A stretch of 64,000 nucleotides of DNA from an uncultured bacterium (GTDB lineage Bacteria; Bacillota_I; Bacilli_A; RF39; UBA660). Below, in pieces: positions 22,625-31,558 of the stretch (positions within the stretch are counted from its first letter, which is position 1; each line of letters opens with the position of its first letter). The position numbers and the translations under genes are program-made. The notes under the pieces are model-generated. The model searched no databases. It saw only the letters and a list, made by a program, of their open reading frames with translations, and was not told where the DNA came from. Location of the stretch: contig CAMVPB010000003.1 of assembly GCA_947169285.1 (NCBI GenBank), forward strand, positions 7,867-71,866, given 5' to 3'.

Positions 22625-23245
22625 TTATTCTTCAGTTTTTTCTTCTGATTCTTCAGTAGCTTCTGATTGTTCACTTACTTCAACTTCTGGAGTTTCTTCA
22701 GCCATTGCTTTAGCGTCAGCTTCCATTTGTTCTAAGCTAGCTTCCATCTTAGCATATTCTTCAGCAGCCTTTTGAGCTTCTGCAGCTTGTTCTGCTAATT
22801 CAGCATCATTAACACCTTTAATAGCTATACCCATATTTCTAGCAGTACCTTCAACTATATTCATAGCTTCTTCTACCGTATATGCATTTAAATCAGGTAA
22901 TTTTGTTTCAGCTATTTTTCTTAAATCATCTTTTGAGATAGTAGCTACTACTTCATTAGCTCCTTTACTTGAAGCCTTTTGTAAGTTAGCTGCTTTCTTT
23001 AAAAGAACTGATGCTGGTGGAGTCTTTAATACAAAATCAAATGTTCTGTCTTCATAAATATTAATTACTACTGGAATTACATTACCCATTTGATCTCTAG
23101 TTGCATCATTATATCTAGTACAAAATTCTTGTAAGTTAATTCCTGCAGGACCTAAAACAGTTCCAACTGGTGGAGCTGGTGTAGCTTTACCTGCTTCAAT
23201 TTGTAATTTAATTACTTTTGTAATATTCTTTGCCACGAAAAACAC
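22625..23245 (-). CDS. rplK: 50S ribosomal protein L11 with an unusual acidic/Ala-rich C-terminal extension of about 65 aa
   Basis: N-terminus KLQIEAGKATPAPPVGTVLGPAGIN is canonical L11. The single ORF runs to 206 aa and ends ...AEQAAEAQKAAEEYAKMEASLEQMEADAKAMAEETPEVEVSEQSEATEESEEKTEE. Confidence 0.85.
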   Translation of the reverse strand: MFFVAKNITKVIKLQIEAGKATPAPPVGTVLGPAGINLQEFCTRYNDATRDQMGNVIPVVINIYEDRTFDFVLKTPPASVLLKKAANLQKASSKGANEVVATISKDDLRKIAETKLPDLNAYTVEEAMNIVEGTARNMGIAIKGVNDAELAEQAAEAQKAAEEYAKMEASLEQMEADAKAMAEETPEVEVSEQSEATEESEEKTEE

Positions 23246-23377
23246 CTCCCTATTAGTTTAATTTTTTTCGCGAGTGGTCCACGATAATCCAATAATCTCC
23301 CACTAATCAAATTATATATAAATATAAATTTGCTTATTCATAATATCACATAAATAGCAATATTTCAATCGAATTTT

Positions 23378-23410
23378 ATATTTTTCAAATAAAAAACTAC
23401 TTTCGTAGTT
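23378..23410 (-). terminator. Rho-independent terminator downstream of the paralog-2 gene
   Basis: On the minus strand aaactacgaaagtagttt is followed by a T-run. Confidence 0.45.
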
Positions 23411-23412
23411 TA

Positions 23413-24114
23413 TTATTCTATTTCTTTATATTTAGTAATTACCCAATTACCATCAACTTTTTCAAAAGTAGCATTAAAGTATTCTAATAATTCAGAAACT
23501 TCAACATCCCATTCATTTATACTTTTAACTATAATTCTTGTTTCAGCCTTATTATTATTTAAACTAATAATATTCACTTTACTACTTTCGTATCCATAAA
23601 GCCATCCTTTAGAATCAAGTTTACAATAAAGTTTCCCATCTTTTACATAATAGTTTTCCTTACCAATGTTTGAATGACGATTTATGACAGCTATTGACAT
23701 ATATTTTTTTAAATAATCTAAAAGTTCATCATATGATTTAAATTGTTTAGAAATTGCCGCATCATCATTAGGATTATCAATATCTTCTACTACTTGTAAT
23801 TCACCTTCTCCACAATATGTAGTCTCAAGAAAAAAAACATAGACAAATTTATGTATCTTACTAAATTCCGAAACCAACGCATCATTTTCAATATAATTTT
23901 CAGGTTCTTTAATATCATCGCAAGAATTATTTTCTACTTTGTTTGTTTCTGAATTTAAAGATTGCTCTACATTGCTTGATGGTTGTTCTACTGGTTTTTC
24001 TTCTCCTTTAAAATAATTTACTCCATACCATACACAAAATCCTACTAAACATATACCAATTATTGTAAGTATTACTATCAGTATTGGTGACATTCCTTTT
24101 TTCTTTTCTTCCAT
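23413..24114 (-). CDS. N-terminally membrane-anchored extracytoplasmic protein, paralog 2
   Basis: N-terminus MEEKKKGMSPILIVILTIIGICLVGFCVWYGVNYFKGEEKP is conserved with the 11676..12380 product. Confidence 0.6.
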   Translation of the reverse strand: MEEKKKGMSPILIVILTIIGICLVGFCVWYGVNYFKGEEKPVEQPSSNVEQSLNSETNKVENNSCDDIKEPENYIENDALVSEFSKIHKFVYVFFLETTYCGEGELQVVEDIDNPNDDAAISKQFKSYDELLDYLKKYMSIAVINRHSNIGKENYYVKDGKLYCKLDSKGWLYGYESSKVNIISLNNNKAETRIIVKSINEWDVEVSELLEYFNATFEKVDGNWVITKYKEIE

Positions 24115-24353
24115 ATTTTTTATTCACTCCTTTTCGTAAATCATTATACTGTATATATATATATATATATCAATTGCATTATTTATAATTTACATTTTAC
24201 ATTTACATTGTAAATTATTAAAATTTATATATCTTTAATATTTTATAAAACAAAATAAAAAAATACATATAATAAAAATTAAATTATATGTATTTTTTAT
24301 ACCATTAAAACTCAAAAGTATTGATTTGCATCCCAAAACTCTCCATGTTAATA

Positions 24354-24592
24354 TGTCTTAGACACACCTTAATAGATGTTAGTCGTGTGCTTCCTTATTC
24401 TATAAAAATAAGGGAGGTGATATGCATGAATAAAAGAGAAAAATCTTATTATTTCATAATTATCCTCTTGTTTATATTGATATTTATAGTATTAATATTT
24501 AAATAAAAATCACACTAACATCAAAACGATGTTAGTGTGTGACCTCAATGGGAAGCACACCTACTCTTTAAGGTGTGTCCTTTTTTATTTTA
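24354..24592 (+). ncRNA. Copy 2 of the structured repeat element: predicted mRNA with paired 5' and 3' ends carrying a small hydrophobic-peptide ORF
   Basis: TTGCAT-17-TAATAT promoter. Helix P1 is gacacaccttaa (24361-24372) with ttaaggtgtgtc (24569-24580), followed by a T6 run. Helix P2 is gtgtgcttcc with ggaagcacac. An inner hairpin cacactaacatc/gatgttagtgtg acts as a minus-strand terminator (it is followed by a T-run on that strand). A convergent minus-strand extended -10 TGGTATAAT lies at 24615-24623. Confidence 0.5.
24426..24506 (+). CDS. 26-aa ultra-hydrophobic peptide (MNKREKSYYFIIILLFILIFIVLIFK), candidate type I toxin-like small protein
   Basis: Strong SD AAGGGAGGTGA 8 nt upstream. 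A single TM-like segment is followed by a C-terminal Lys. It is conserved as a 24-aa ORF at 40730..40804 (MNKREFSFFIIIIILLIIIYKILF). Confidence 0.5.
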   Translation: MNKREKSYYFIIILLFILIFIVLIFK

Positions 24593-24647
24593 TGAAGTTT
24601 CCTTCAATAAATACATTATACCATTTTTTATATTAGATATACAAGTA

Positions 24648-25187
24648 TTAAGCTTTTGTTATTTGAGTAAGTTCTACTTCTACAGGTGTTTCTTGACCAA
24701 ATAAATCTATTAATATAGTTAATTTTTGATTTTCAGTATCAAGAGTTTCAATCTTACCAAACATTCCTTTGAATGGACCTTCAATAATTTGAACTGAATC
24801 TCCTACTTCAACATCAGTATTAATTTCCATATTATTAATACCTTCATTAGCTAAAATCTTATCAATTTCTTGAGGTAATAATGGAGTTGGTTTAGCACCT
24901 TTACCAGAAGAACCAATAAATCCTGTTACACCTGGTGTATTACGAACTACATACCATGCTTCATCAGACATAATCATTTCTACTAAAACATATCCAGGAA
25001 ACATTTTTTTAACTTTTTCTTTCCTTACACCATCTTTTATTTCTACTTCTTTTTGCTGCGGAATAATAACTCTAAAAATATTATTTTCCATTCCCATTGA
25101 TTCAGTACGCATTTCTAAGTTTTCTTTAACTTTTTCTTCATGTCCTGAATAAGTATTAACTACATACCAAAGTTTTTCACCTTCCAT
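24648..25187 (-). CDS. nusG: Transcription termination/antitermination factor NusG
   Basis: NGN and KOW domains (KOW: GPFKGMFGKIE); follows secE. Confidence 0.93.
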   Translation of the reverse strand: MEGEKLWYVVNTYSGHEEKVKENLEMRTESMGMENNIFRVIIPQQKEVEIKDGVRKEKVKKMFPGYVLVEMIMSDEAWYVVRNTPGVTGFIGSSGKGAKPTPLLPQEIDKILANEGINNMEINTDVEVGDSVQIIEGPFKGMFGKIETLDTENQKLTILIDLFGQETPVEVELTQITKA

Positions 25188-25369
25188 TATAATAGCCCCC
25201 TTAAAAATGCAAATAGAACATCAAATGCATAAAAGAAAACCGCAAAAAACGCAATCATAACCAAACATATAACTGAGTTCTTTAATAATTCTTTCCCTTT
25301 AGGCCAACGAGTTCTTTTTGCTTCTTTCTTAACTCCACTAAAAAAATCTTTCATAAATAACTCCTCCAA
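25187..25369 (-). CDS. secE: Preprotein translocase subunit SecE (the start may be the internal Met at 25354)
   Basis: KRTRWPKGKEL followed by a TM helix, as in SecE. Confidence 0.8.
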   Translation of the reverse strand: MEELFMKDFFSGVKKEAKRTRWPKGKELLKNSVICLVMIAFFAVFFYAFDVLFAFLRGLL

Positions 25370-25438
25370 AAAAAAACACCTTTTGTTTCGTGTAAATAAA
25401 ATATAACATATTTATACCAAACTTTCAAGTGTTTTTTA

Positions 25439-25729
25439 TTATTTTCTCTTATATTCAATTACTCTTCTTAATTTAATAGGTTCTGTCAATCCTTCTTCAT
25501 TTTCCATTTTCTTAAGACACTCATCTTTTTTAAATAAGTAATAAGCTAGTTGCGCTAAAGATAATAAAAGAGAGAATGAAAAAAATAATGGAAATTCACT
25601 TTTTGTGCCATAACTCAACATTTCTCCATAAGCGCTCAAAAGTGCACTGTCAATGTATGGATCAGCCTTATTATCAAACTTCTGAGCTTTTTTAAAATAA
25701 TATTCATTTGTGTAATTATTTTTATTCAT
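25439..25729 (-). CDS. Hypothetical small membrane protein
   Basis: ORF with one TM segment; no known domain. It sits where rpmG would normally be. Confidence 0.4.
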   Translation of the reverse strand: MNKNNYTNEYYFKKAQKFDNKADPYIDSALLSAYGEMLSYGTKSEFPLFFSFSLLLSLAQLAYYLFKKDECLKKMENEEGLTEPIKLRRVIEYKRK

Positions 25730-25804
25730 ATTATCACTTCCTATAAATTTATAATATCACAAATGATTATTAAACAAAATAAAAAGCATAAAAATTTATG
25801 CTTT

Positions 25805-26047
25805 TTAAAATGAATCAATATTTACTTTAACATTTTTAATGCCTTCGTTATAGGCTTTAGCTTGTATTAATGTTTTAATTGAATTAGCTATTTTTCCTCT
25901 TTTACCAATTACTCTACCCATATCAGATTCTGGAACTAATATTTCAATCATTAATCCTTCTTCTGTTTCATAATCTTTAACTTTTATTAAATCTTCTTCT
26001 TTAGCAAGGCGAGTAACTAGAAATTCAGCAAATTCTACTAATGTCAT
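25805..26047 (-). CDS. KH-domain RNA-binding protein (YlqC/UPF0109-like)
   Basis: GRVIGKRGKIANSIKTLI KH motif; 80 aa; downstream of rpsP as in the Firmicute rpsP-ylqC arrangement. Confidence 0.8.
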   Translation of the reverse strand: MTLVEFAEFLVTRLAKEEDLIKVKDYETEEGLMIEILVPESDMGRVIGKRGKIANSIKTLIQAKAYNEGIKNVKVNIDSF

Positions 26048-26313
26048 TATTTTCTCTTAGAATCATGGAATTTTTTCATAATTCCAGCATCGCTTAAAAT
26101 GTTTTTAACTGTATCGGTTGGAGTAGCACCATTTTTTAACCATTTTAATGCTAATTCTTCATTAATATTAGCTTTATTATCTTCTAGTGTACTATAAGTT
26201 CCTATTAATTCAATAAAATTACCGTCTCTTTTTTCTCTTGAGTCAGCTGCAACTATACGGTAAAAAGGTCTTTTTTTAGATCCCATTCTTTTAAGTCTTA
26301 ATTTAACTGCCAT
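26047..26313 (-). CDS. rpsP: 30S ribosomal protein S16
   Basis: N-terminus [26 protein letters not shown]. Confidence 0.93.
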   Translation of the reverse strand: MAVKLRLKRMGSKKRPFYRIVAADSREKRDGNFIELIGTYSTLEDNKANINEELALKWLKNGATPTDTVKNILSDAGIMKKFHDSKRK

Positions 26314-26386
26314 ATTTTTCTCCTTCTTTCTTGTTAATAATATTACTATAAATAAAAAGATATGTCAACCTTTTTTGGTTAACACA

Positions 26387-26935
26387 TCATTTTTCTTCCT
26401 CTTTTAAAAAATCTTCATTAACATTTTCATCTATTTCTTTGGATACTTCTTCAGGATCTATAACACTTTCTAATATATCATAATCATCTTCTTCATCATT
26501 AGTAAGTATTCTAATCTTTGTATCCCCCACTATTTCAATACCTAATTCTTTTTCTATCTCATAATTTATTACATTTCCATTTGAAGAAACTTCTATACAA
26601 TTAGGATTTCTTAAACTTCTAACAATAATTTCTGAATTATCATTTAGCGTTGCTTCATCTTTAAGTCTAACATTTACCCTTTCTTCATAACTAACGTTAG
26701 TGGATGCCACATTTGTTTTAGTATTGTTATCATAACTATACCATATATTAACATCAAAATTTCCTTTTATTAACACTGAATTAGAATCATTGCTCCCAAA
26801 TATATTATGGTTAATTACCCAACATCCTAAAACAGTATCTACTTTATCACTTACCTCTAATGAATATTTATTTGTAAAAGTTTTTTTACCTTTACCTATA
26901 ACAGCTTTAGTAACAATTTCTTTATATTGTTGCAT
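26387..26935 (-). CDS. cotE: Spore coat morphogenetic protein CotE
   Basis: Aligns with B. subtilis CotE: YKEIVTKAVIGKG vs YREIITKAVVAKG, VNIWYSYDNNTKTNVA vs INVWYSYADNTKTEVV, and RNPNC vs QQPNC; acidic C-terminal tail. Confidence 0.8.
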   Translation of the reverse strand: MQQYKEIVTKAVIGKGKKTFTNKYSLEVSDKVDTVLGCWVINHNIFGSNDSNSVLIKGNFDVNIWYSYDNNTKTNVASTNVSYEERVNVRLKDEATLNDNSEIIVRSLRNPNCIEVSSNGNVINYEIEKELGIEIVGDTKIRILTNDEEDDYDILESVIDPEEVSKEIDENVNEDFLKEEEK

Positions 26936-26989
26936 AACCCTCCTCACTTTAATTTATGCGTTTGCCTAAATTTTTGTGAAAAGTATTTA

Positions 26990-28042
26990 TTATTTATTAA
27001 AGTAATCTATTCCAATTGCATTCCTTACTTCAATTATTTTTTTAGATGCATATTCCCTTGCTTTTTTAGTTCCTTCTTCAAGTATTTTATAAACTTCATC
27101 AATATTACTTTCTAATTCTTTTCTTCTTTCTCTAATTGGTTTTAATTCTTCTTGAATTATATTATTTAAAAATTTTTTAATTTTAACATCTCCTAATCCA
27201 CCACGTTCATAATGTGCTTTTAATTCATCTAAATTTTTATATTCAGGTAAATATTTTTCAAAATGCTCATCGTTGCAAAAAGCATCTAAATATATAAATA
27301 CTGGATTATCTTTTACATTACCAGGATCTTCAACTTTTAAATGATTAGGATCAGTATACATACTCATTATTTTCTTTTCAATAACCTCAGGCTCATCTGA
27401 TAAATAAATACAATTTCCTAAAGATTTACTCATTTTATTCTTTCCATCTAATCCAGGAAGTCTCATACAAGTATCATTATCAGGTAACATCTCTTTAGGT
27501 TCCTTAAATATTGGTTTATATAAATTATTAAAACTTCTAACTATTTCTCTTGTTTGCTCTATCATAGGAAGTTGATCATCACCTACAGGTATAATTTCAG
27601 CATCAAATAGGGTTATGTCAGCAGCTTGACTAATTGGATATGTTAAAAATCCAGTAGGAATACTACCTTCAAAATTTCTTAATTTAAGTTCATCTTTAAT
27701 AGTTGGGTTCCTTTGAAGTCTTGATAAAGTTACAAGATTTAAATAATAAAATGTTAATTCACAAAGTTCAGGTATTTGAGATTGAATAAATATATTTGAT
27801 TTATTTGGATCTATACCACATGCTAAATAATCAAGAGCAACCTCTATTATATTATTTTTAACTTTATCAACATTATTAAAATTATCAGTTAATGCTTGAG
27901 CATCAGCTATTTCAATAAAAATTTTATCAAACTCTCCACTATTTTGTAATTCTACTCTTCTTTTTAAAGAACCAACATAATGACCTAAATGAAGTTTTCC
28001 AGTTGGTCTATCTCCAGTAAGAATTATTCTTTTATTTTCCAT
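26990..28042 (-). CDS. trpS: Tryptophan--tRNA ligase
   Basis: Class I aaRS with N-terminal TGDRPTGKLHLGHYVG; DAEIIPVGDDQ; KMSKS; about 350 aa. Confidence 0.75.
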   Translation of the reverse strand: MENKRIILTGDRPTGKLHLGHYVGSLKRRVELQNSGEFDKIFIEIADAQALTDNFNNVDKVKNNIIEVALDYLACGIDPNKSNIFIQSQIPELCELTFYYLNLVTLSRLQRNPTIKDELKLRNFEGSIPTGFLTYPISQAADITLFDAEIIPVGDDQLPMIEQTREIVRSFNNLYKPIFKEPKEMLPDNDTCMRLPGLDGKNKMSKSLGNCIYLSDEPEVIEKKIMSMYTDPNHLKVEDPGNVKDNPVFIYLDAFCNDEHFEKYLPEYKNLDELKAHYERGGLGDVKIKKFLNNIIQEELKPIRERRKELESNIDEVYKILEEGTKKAREYASKKIIEVRNAIGIDYFNK

Positions 28043-28107
28043 AATATCACTTCCAATAATATAAATATATCATAATTTTTAATATATTAAAAGACGTATT
28101 ACTACGT

Positions 28108-29517
28108 CTATTTAACTATTTCTCCATCTAAACTAAAACTTTTAGCATCTTTTATTTCTACATCTATTATTTTACCAATTGTATCTTTTGAAGCTTCAAT
28201 GTTAACAAGTTTCATATTTTCAGTATACCCCATTACTTTAGTATCATCTTTTTCAGATACACCCAATATTAAACATTTTTGAATAGTACCAAGTAATCTT
28301 TTATTTGATTCATTACTATACTTATTAACTAATGTATTTAATTCTTTTAATCTTTTAGATTTAATATTCTCATCTATTTGGTCTTTCATAACTGAAGCTG
28401 GAGTACCTTCTCTAGGAGAATATATAAACGTAAATGCTCCGTCAAATTTACAAATATTTACTAAATCTAAAGTTTCTTTGAAATCATCCTCTGTTTCGCC
28501 TGGAAATCCAACTATTATATCAGTTGTAATAGATACGTTTTCAACATTATCTCTTATTCTGTTATATAATTCTATATATTCTTCTTTAGTATAACGTCTT
28601 CCCATTAATTTAAGTATTCTATCACTTCCTGATTGAACTGGTAAATGAATATATGGCATTACATTTTTATATTTAGATATAATTTTAATCATATCATCTG
28701 TAAAATCCCAAGGATGAGATGTTACAAATCTTATTCTATCTATATTAGTTTTAGCTACATCTTCTAATAGATTAGATAGATTATAATCATCATATAGATC
28801 TTTTCCGTAAGCATTTACATTTTGGCCAAGCAAAGTTACTTCTTTATAGCCTTGTTTAACAAGGTTCTCCACTTCTTTAATAATAGATTCTTTTGTTCTA
28901 CTTCTTTGTTTACCTCTTGCATATGGGACTATACAATAAGTACAAAACTTGTCACACCCTAGCATTATATTAACCCAAGCTGTAATATTTGAATCTCTTT
29001 TAACAGGTATCCCTTCTACAATATCTCCTTCTTTTGAATATACTTCCACTTGAAGTTTTTTATCATCCATACATTTCTTTACTACATTAGCTAAATCATC
29101 TATATTGTGAGTACCAAGTACAAAGTCCATCCATTTATAGTTTTTAAGTATTTCTTCTACAACTACTTCTTCTTGAGACATGCATCCCATTAAACCAACT
29201 ATTACATTTGGATTACTTTCTTTAAAATGTTTTATTCTACCAAGAAGACCAAATACTTTGTTATGAGCATTTTCTCTAATCGCACATGTATTTAGAATGA
29301 TAACATCCGCTTTTTCCATAATATCAGTGTTAGTAAATCCGACGCTTTCTAAAATACCCTTTATATTTTCCGAATCATGTTCATTCATTTGGCATCCATA
29401 TGTTTTTAAATAGTATTTTTTATTTAAACCAAAAAGACTTGGATTATTATTATAATCTAAGTAATCTGTCTTTTTATTAGTTCTTTTTTTAGCTTCTAAT
29501 AAATTAGGTAACTTCAT
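28108..29517 (-). CDS. miaB: tRNA-2-methylthio-N6-dimethylallyladenosine synthase (MiaB-family radical SAM methylthiotransferase)
   Basis: UPF0004 N-terminal domain with TYGCQMNEHDSE; radical SAM CxxxCxxC (CDKFCTYC); C-terminal TRAM domain. Confidence 0.8.
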   Translation of the reverse strand: MKLPNLLEAKKRTNKKTDYLDYNNNPSLFGLNKKYYLKTYGCQMNEHDSENIKGILESVGFTNTDIMEKADVIILNTCAIRENAHNKVFGLLGRIKHFKESNPNVIVGLMGCMSQEEVVVEEILKNYKWMDFVLGTHNIDDLANVVKKCMDDKKLQVEVYSKEGDIVEGIPVKRDSNITAWVNIMLGCDKFCTYCIVPYARGKQRSRTKESIIKEVENLVKQGYKEVTLLGQNVNAYGKDLYDDYNLSNLLEDVAKTNIDRIRFVTSHPWDFTDDMIKIISKYKNVMPYIHLPVQSGSDRILKLMGRRYTKEEYIELYNRIRDNVENVSITTDIIVGFPGETEDDFKETLDLVNICKFDGAFTFIYSPREGTPASVMKDQIDENIKSKRLKELNTLVNKYSNESNKRLLGTIQKCLILGVSEKDDTKVMGYTENMKLVNIEASKDTIGKIIDVEIKDAKSFSLDGEIVK

Positions 29518-29543
29518 AATCTCACTTCCGAATATGTATTATA

Positions 29544-29993
29544 TCACCTTTCACTAATTCTAACTAGTCTTAATAATTTATCTTTAGTATATTTGGGTTT
29601 TTTAGTTGTTGTTATATAATTACCCTCTTCGTCAATAAATAATTCTGGTACAACTATACCATATTTAATTTCCAAATAGGAAGAAACTAGATATCTATGT
29701 GAAAATTCTTCCGGTTTAGCATAAGAAAGTAATATAATATCTTTTTGGTATCCCTCATATTTCTTTACTAATTCATCTAATACATACTTATTTCCTTTTA
29801 GTACTTGATAATAATATTGATTTATATAATACTGATCCCATTCTTCTTGATTATTCCAATGACTATATATATTTTCATTAGGAGAAAGTTCTCTAATCCA
29901 TTTCCCTTCAAAATTAGCTTTTTTACCACCATCTATGGAAATAGATGCTAAATTCCCCTCTTTAGCATTTTCATAATTACTTGTAAAAATCAT
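29544..29993 (-). CDS. Hypothetical protein
   Basis: ORF of 149 aa with no assignable domain. Confidence 0.4.
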   Translation of the reverse strand: MIFTSNYENAKEGNLASISIDGGKKANFEGKWIRELSPNENIYSHWNNQEEWDQYYINQYYYQVLKGNKYVLDELVKKYEGYQKDIILLSYAKPEEFSHRYLVSSYLEIKYGIVVPELFIDEEGNYITTTKKPKYTKDKLLRLVRISER

Positions 29994-30045
29994 ACTACAC
30001 CTCTACTACTATATAATACAATTTTACCAGTTTAAAATTCATTTA

Positions 30046-30357
30046 TCAATTAATATCAATAATATTATCAATTAATATTCTTTCACCATTTATGTTTAAT
30101 AAATAATCATAGTTTTTGGATACAACTATTTCTTCTCTTTCTTCCCCGTTAGGATAAGTTATTATCACTTTTACTTTATAATTGTAATCTGATTTGTTAA
30201 ATATCTCATTTATTTTTTTTCTTATGTCTATTGAATTATATTTGCTATTTACTCTATTTTTTTTATTATCTAAAAATGAATAATAGACGCTTTTATTATT
30301 ACCATTTACATTTTTAGCATTAGTATTAACATACACATTAGGTAATTTTTTTCCCAT
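30046..30357 (-). CDS. Hypothetical protein
   Basis: ORF of 103 aa, Lys/Asn-rich. Confidence 0.35.
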   Translation of the reverse strand: MGKKLPNVYVNTNAKNVNGNNKSVYYSFLDNKKNRVNSKYNSIDIRKKINEIFNKSDYNYKVKVIITYPNGEEREEIVVSKNYDYLLNINGERILIDNIIDIN

Positions 30358-30434
30358 AAAAACACCTCTAATAAATATTATGATTATTTTTTATTTTAAT
30401 TAATTATTTTATTTATTTTGTAAATACTAATAGT

Positions 30435-31535
30435 ATGATTAAAAAAAAGAAATATGAAATTATAATGCCTTTATGTATATTATTATTTTTTGTAATAAGT
30501 ATATGTACAATATATAGTTCTGAGTCAATATTACCTAGTTATTATAATAATTTACATATAAAACAATTAATTTGGTATGCTGTTGGCTTCATTGTTTTTA
30601 TAACCCTTATATTTATTAAAAATGACAAAATATTGAGATATAGTAAATTAATATATATTGCATCTATTCTTCTTTTAATAATTGTTTTAATAGTTGGACA
30701 AAAAGTGAATAATACAAAAGGATGGATATCACTTGGATCTCTTAGTTTTCAACCTAGTGAATTTGCTAAAATAGGATTAATACTTTACATATCTAAATTA
30801 TTAAATGATTTTAGATTTGAGCAAAACATTACAAATAAAAAAGAATTATTATTAATTTTCAAAATAATTATAATAACTTTAATACCATCTATTCTAGTTT
30901 TTATAGAGCCCGACACTGGCGCTGTTATATCATATTTTATAATAGCTTTTACATTAATTTTAATAAGTGAAATTAGAATTAAATGGTCAATATTATTGAC
31001 TATACTTTGCTTTATAATTCTTGGATTATTATCTATTTTTTATATTAAATACCCTAATAGTTTTATAAAAGTTTTTGGAAGCTCTATATATTATAGAATA
31101 TTTAGAATAATTGATTGGAAAAATAATAGTGGGATGCAGCTTGAAAATAGTATGATAGCTATTGGAAGTTCAAAATTATATGGAAAAGGATTAAATGATA
31201 TGCCAATATACTTTCCAGAAGCATATACGGATTTTATATTCTCAGTTTATACAAATGCATTTGGATTAATTGGAGCAATAACACTAATAATACTTATATT
31301 TCTTTTTGACTATAGAATTTTAAATATATGTAACAAAACAACAAAAACAATAAACAAATATGTAATTGTAGGTTTCTTCATATCATTTTTATATCCACAG
31401 CTTCAAAATATTTCTATGACTATTGGACTACTTCCTATAACAGGTATACCTCTTCCATTTATTAGCTATGGTGGTTCTTCCTTAATAGTTGCATTTATAA
31501 TGACCTCATTTATTATAAATGCATATAACCAATAA
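30435..31535 (+). CDS. SEDS-family peptidoglycan glycosyltransferase (FtsW/RodA/SpoVE)
   Basis: About 10 TM segments; conserved C-terminal region GLLPITGIPLPFISYGGSS. Confidence 0.85.
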   Translation: MIKKKKYEIIMPLCILLFFVISICTIYSSESILPSYYNNLHIKQLIWYAVGFIVFITLIFIKNDKILRYSKLIYIASILLLIIVLIVGQKVNNTKGWISLGSLSFQPSEFAKIGLILYISKLLNDFRFEQNITNKKELLLIFKIIIITLIPSILVFIEPDTGAVISYFIIAFTLILISEIRIKWSILLTILCFIILGLLSIFYIKYPNSFIKVFGSSIYYRIFRIIDWKNNSGMQLENSMIAIGSSKLYGKGLNDMPIYFPEAYTDFIFSVYTNAFGLIGAITLIILIFLFDYRILNICNKTTKTINKYVIVGFFISFLYPQLQNISMTIGLLPITGIPLPFISYGGSSLIVAFIMTSFIINAYNQ

Positions 31536-31558
31536 AAAAATGTAGTTCTCTACATTTT

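Noticed and set aside
24321-24425. Upstream extension (MICIPKLSMLICLRH...) of the small ORF as given in the six-frame track.
   Set aside because: The extension overlaps the promoter and the 5' pairing arm. The strong SD is positioned for the downstream ATG at 24426, and copy 3 supports only the short MNKRE start.
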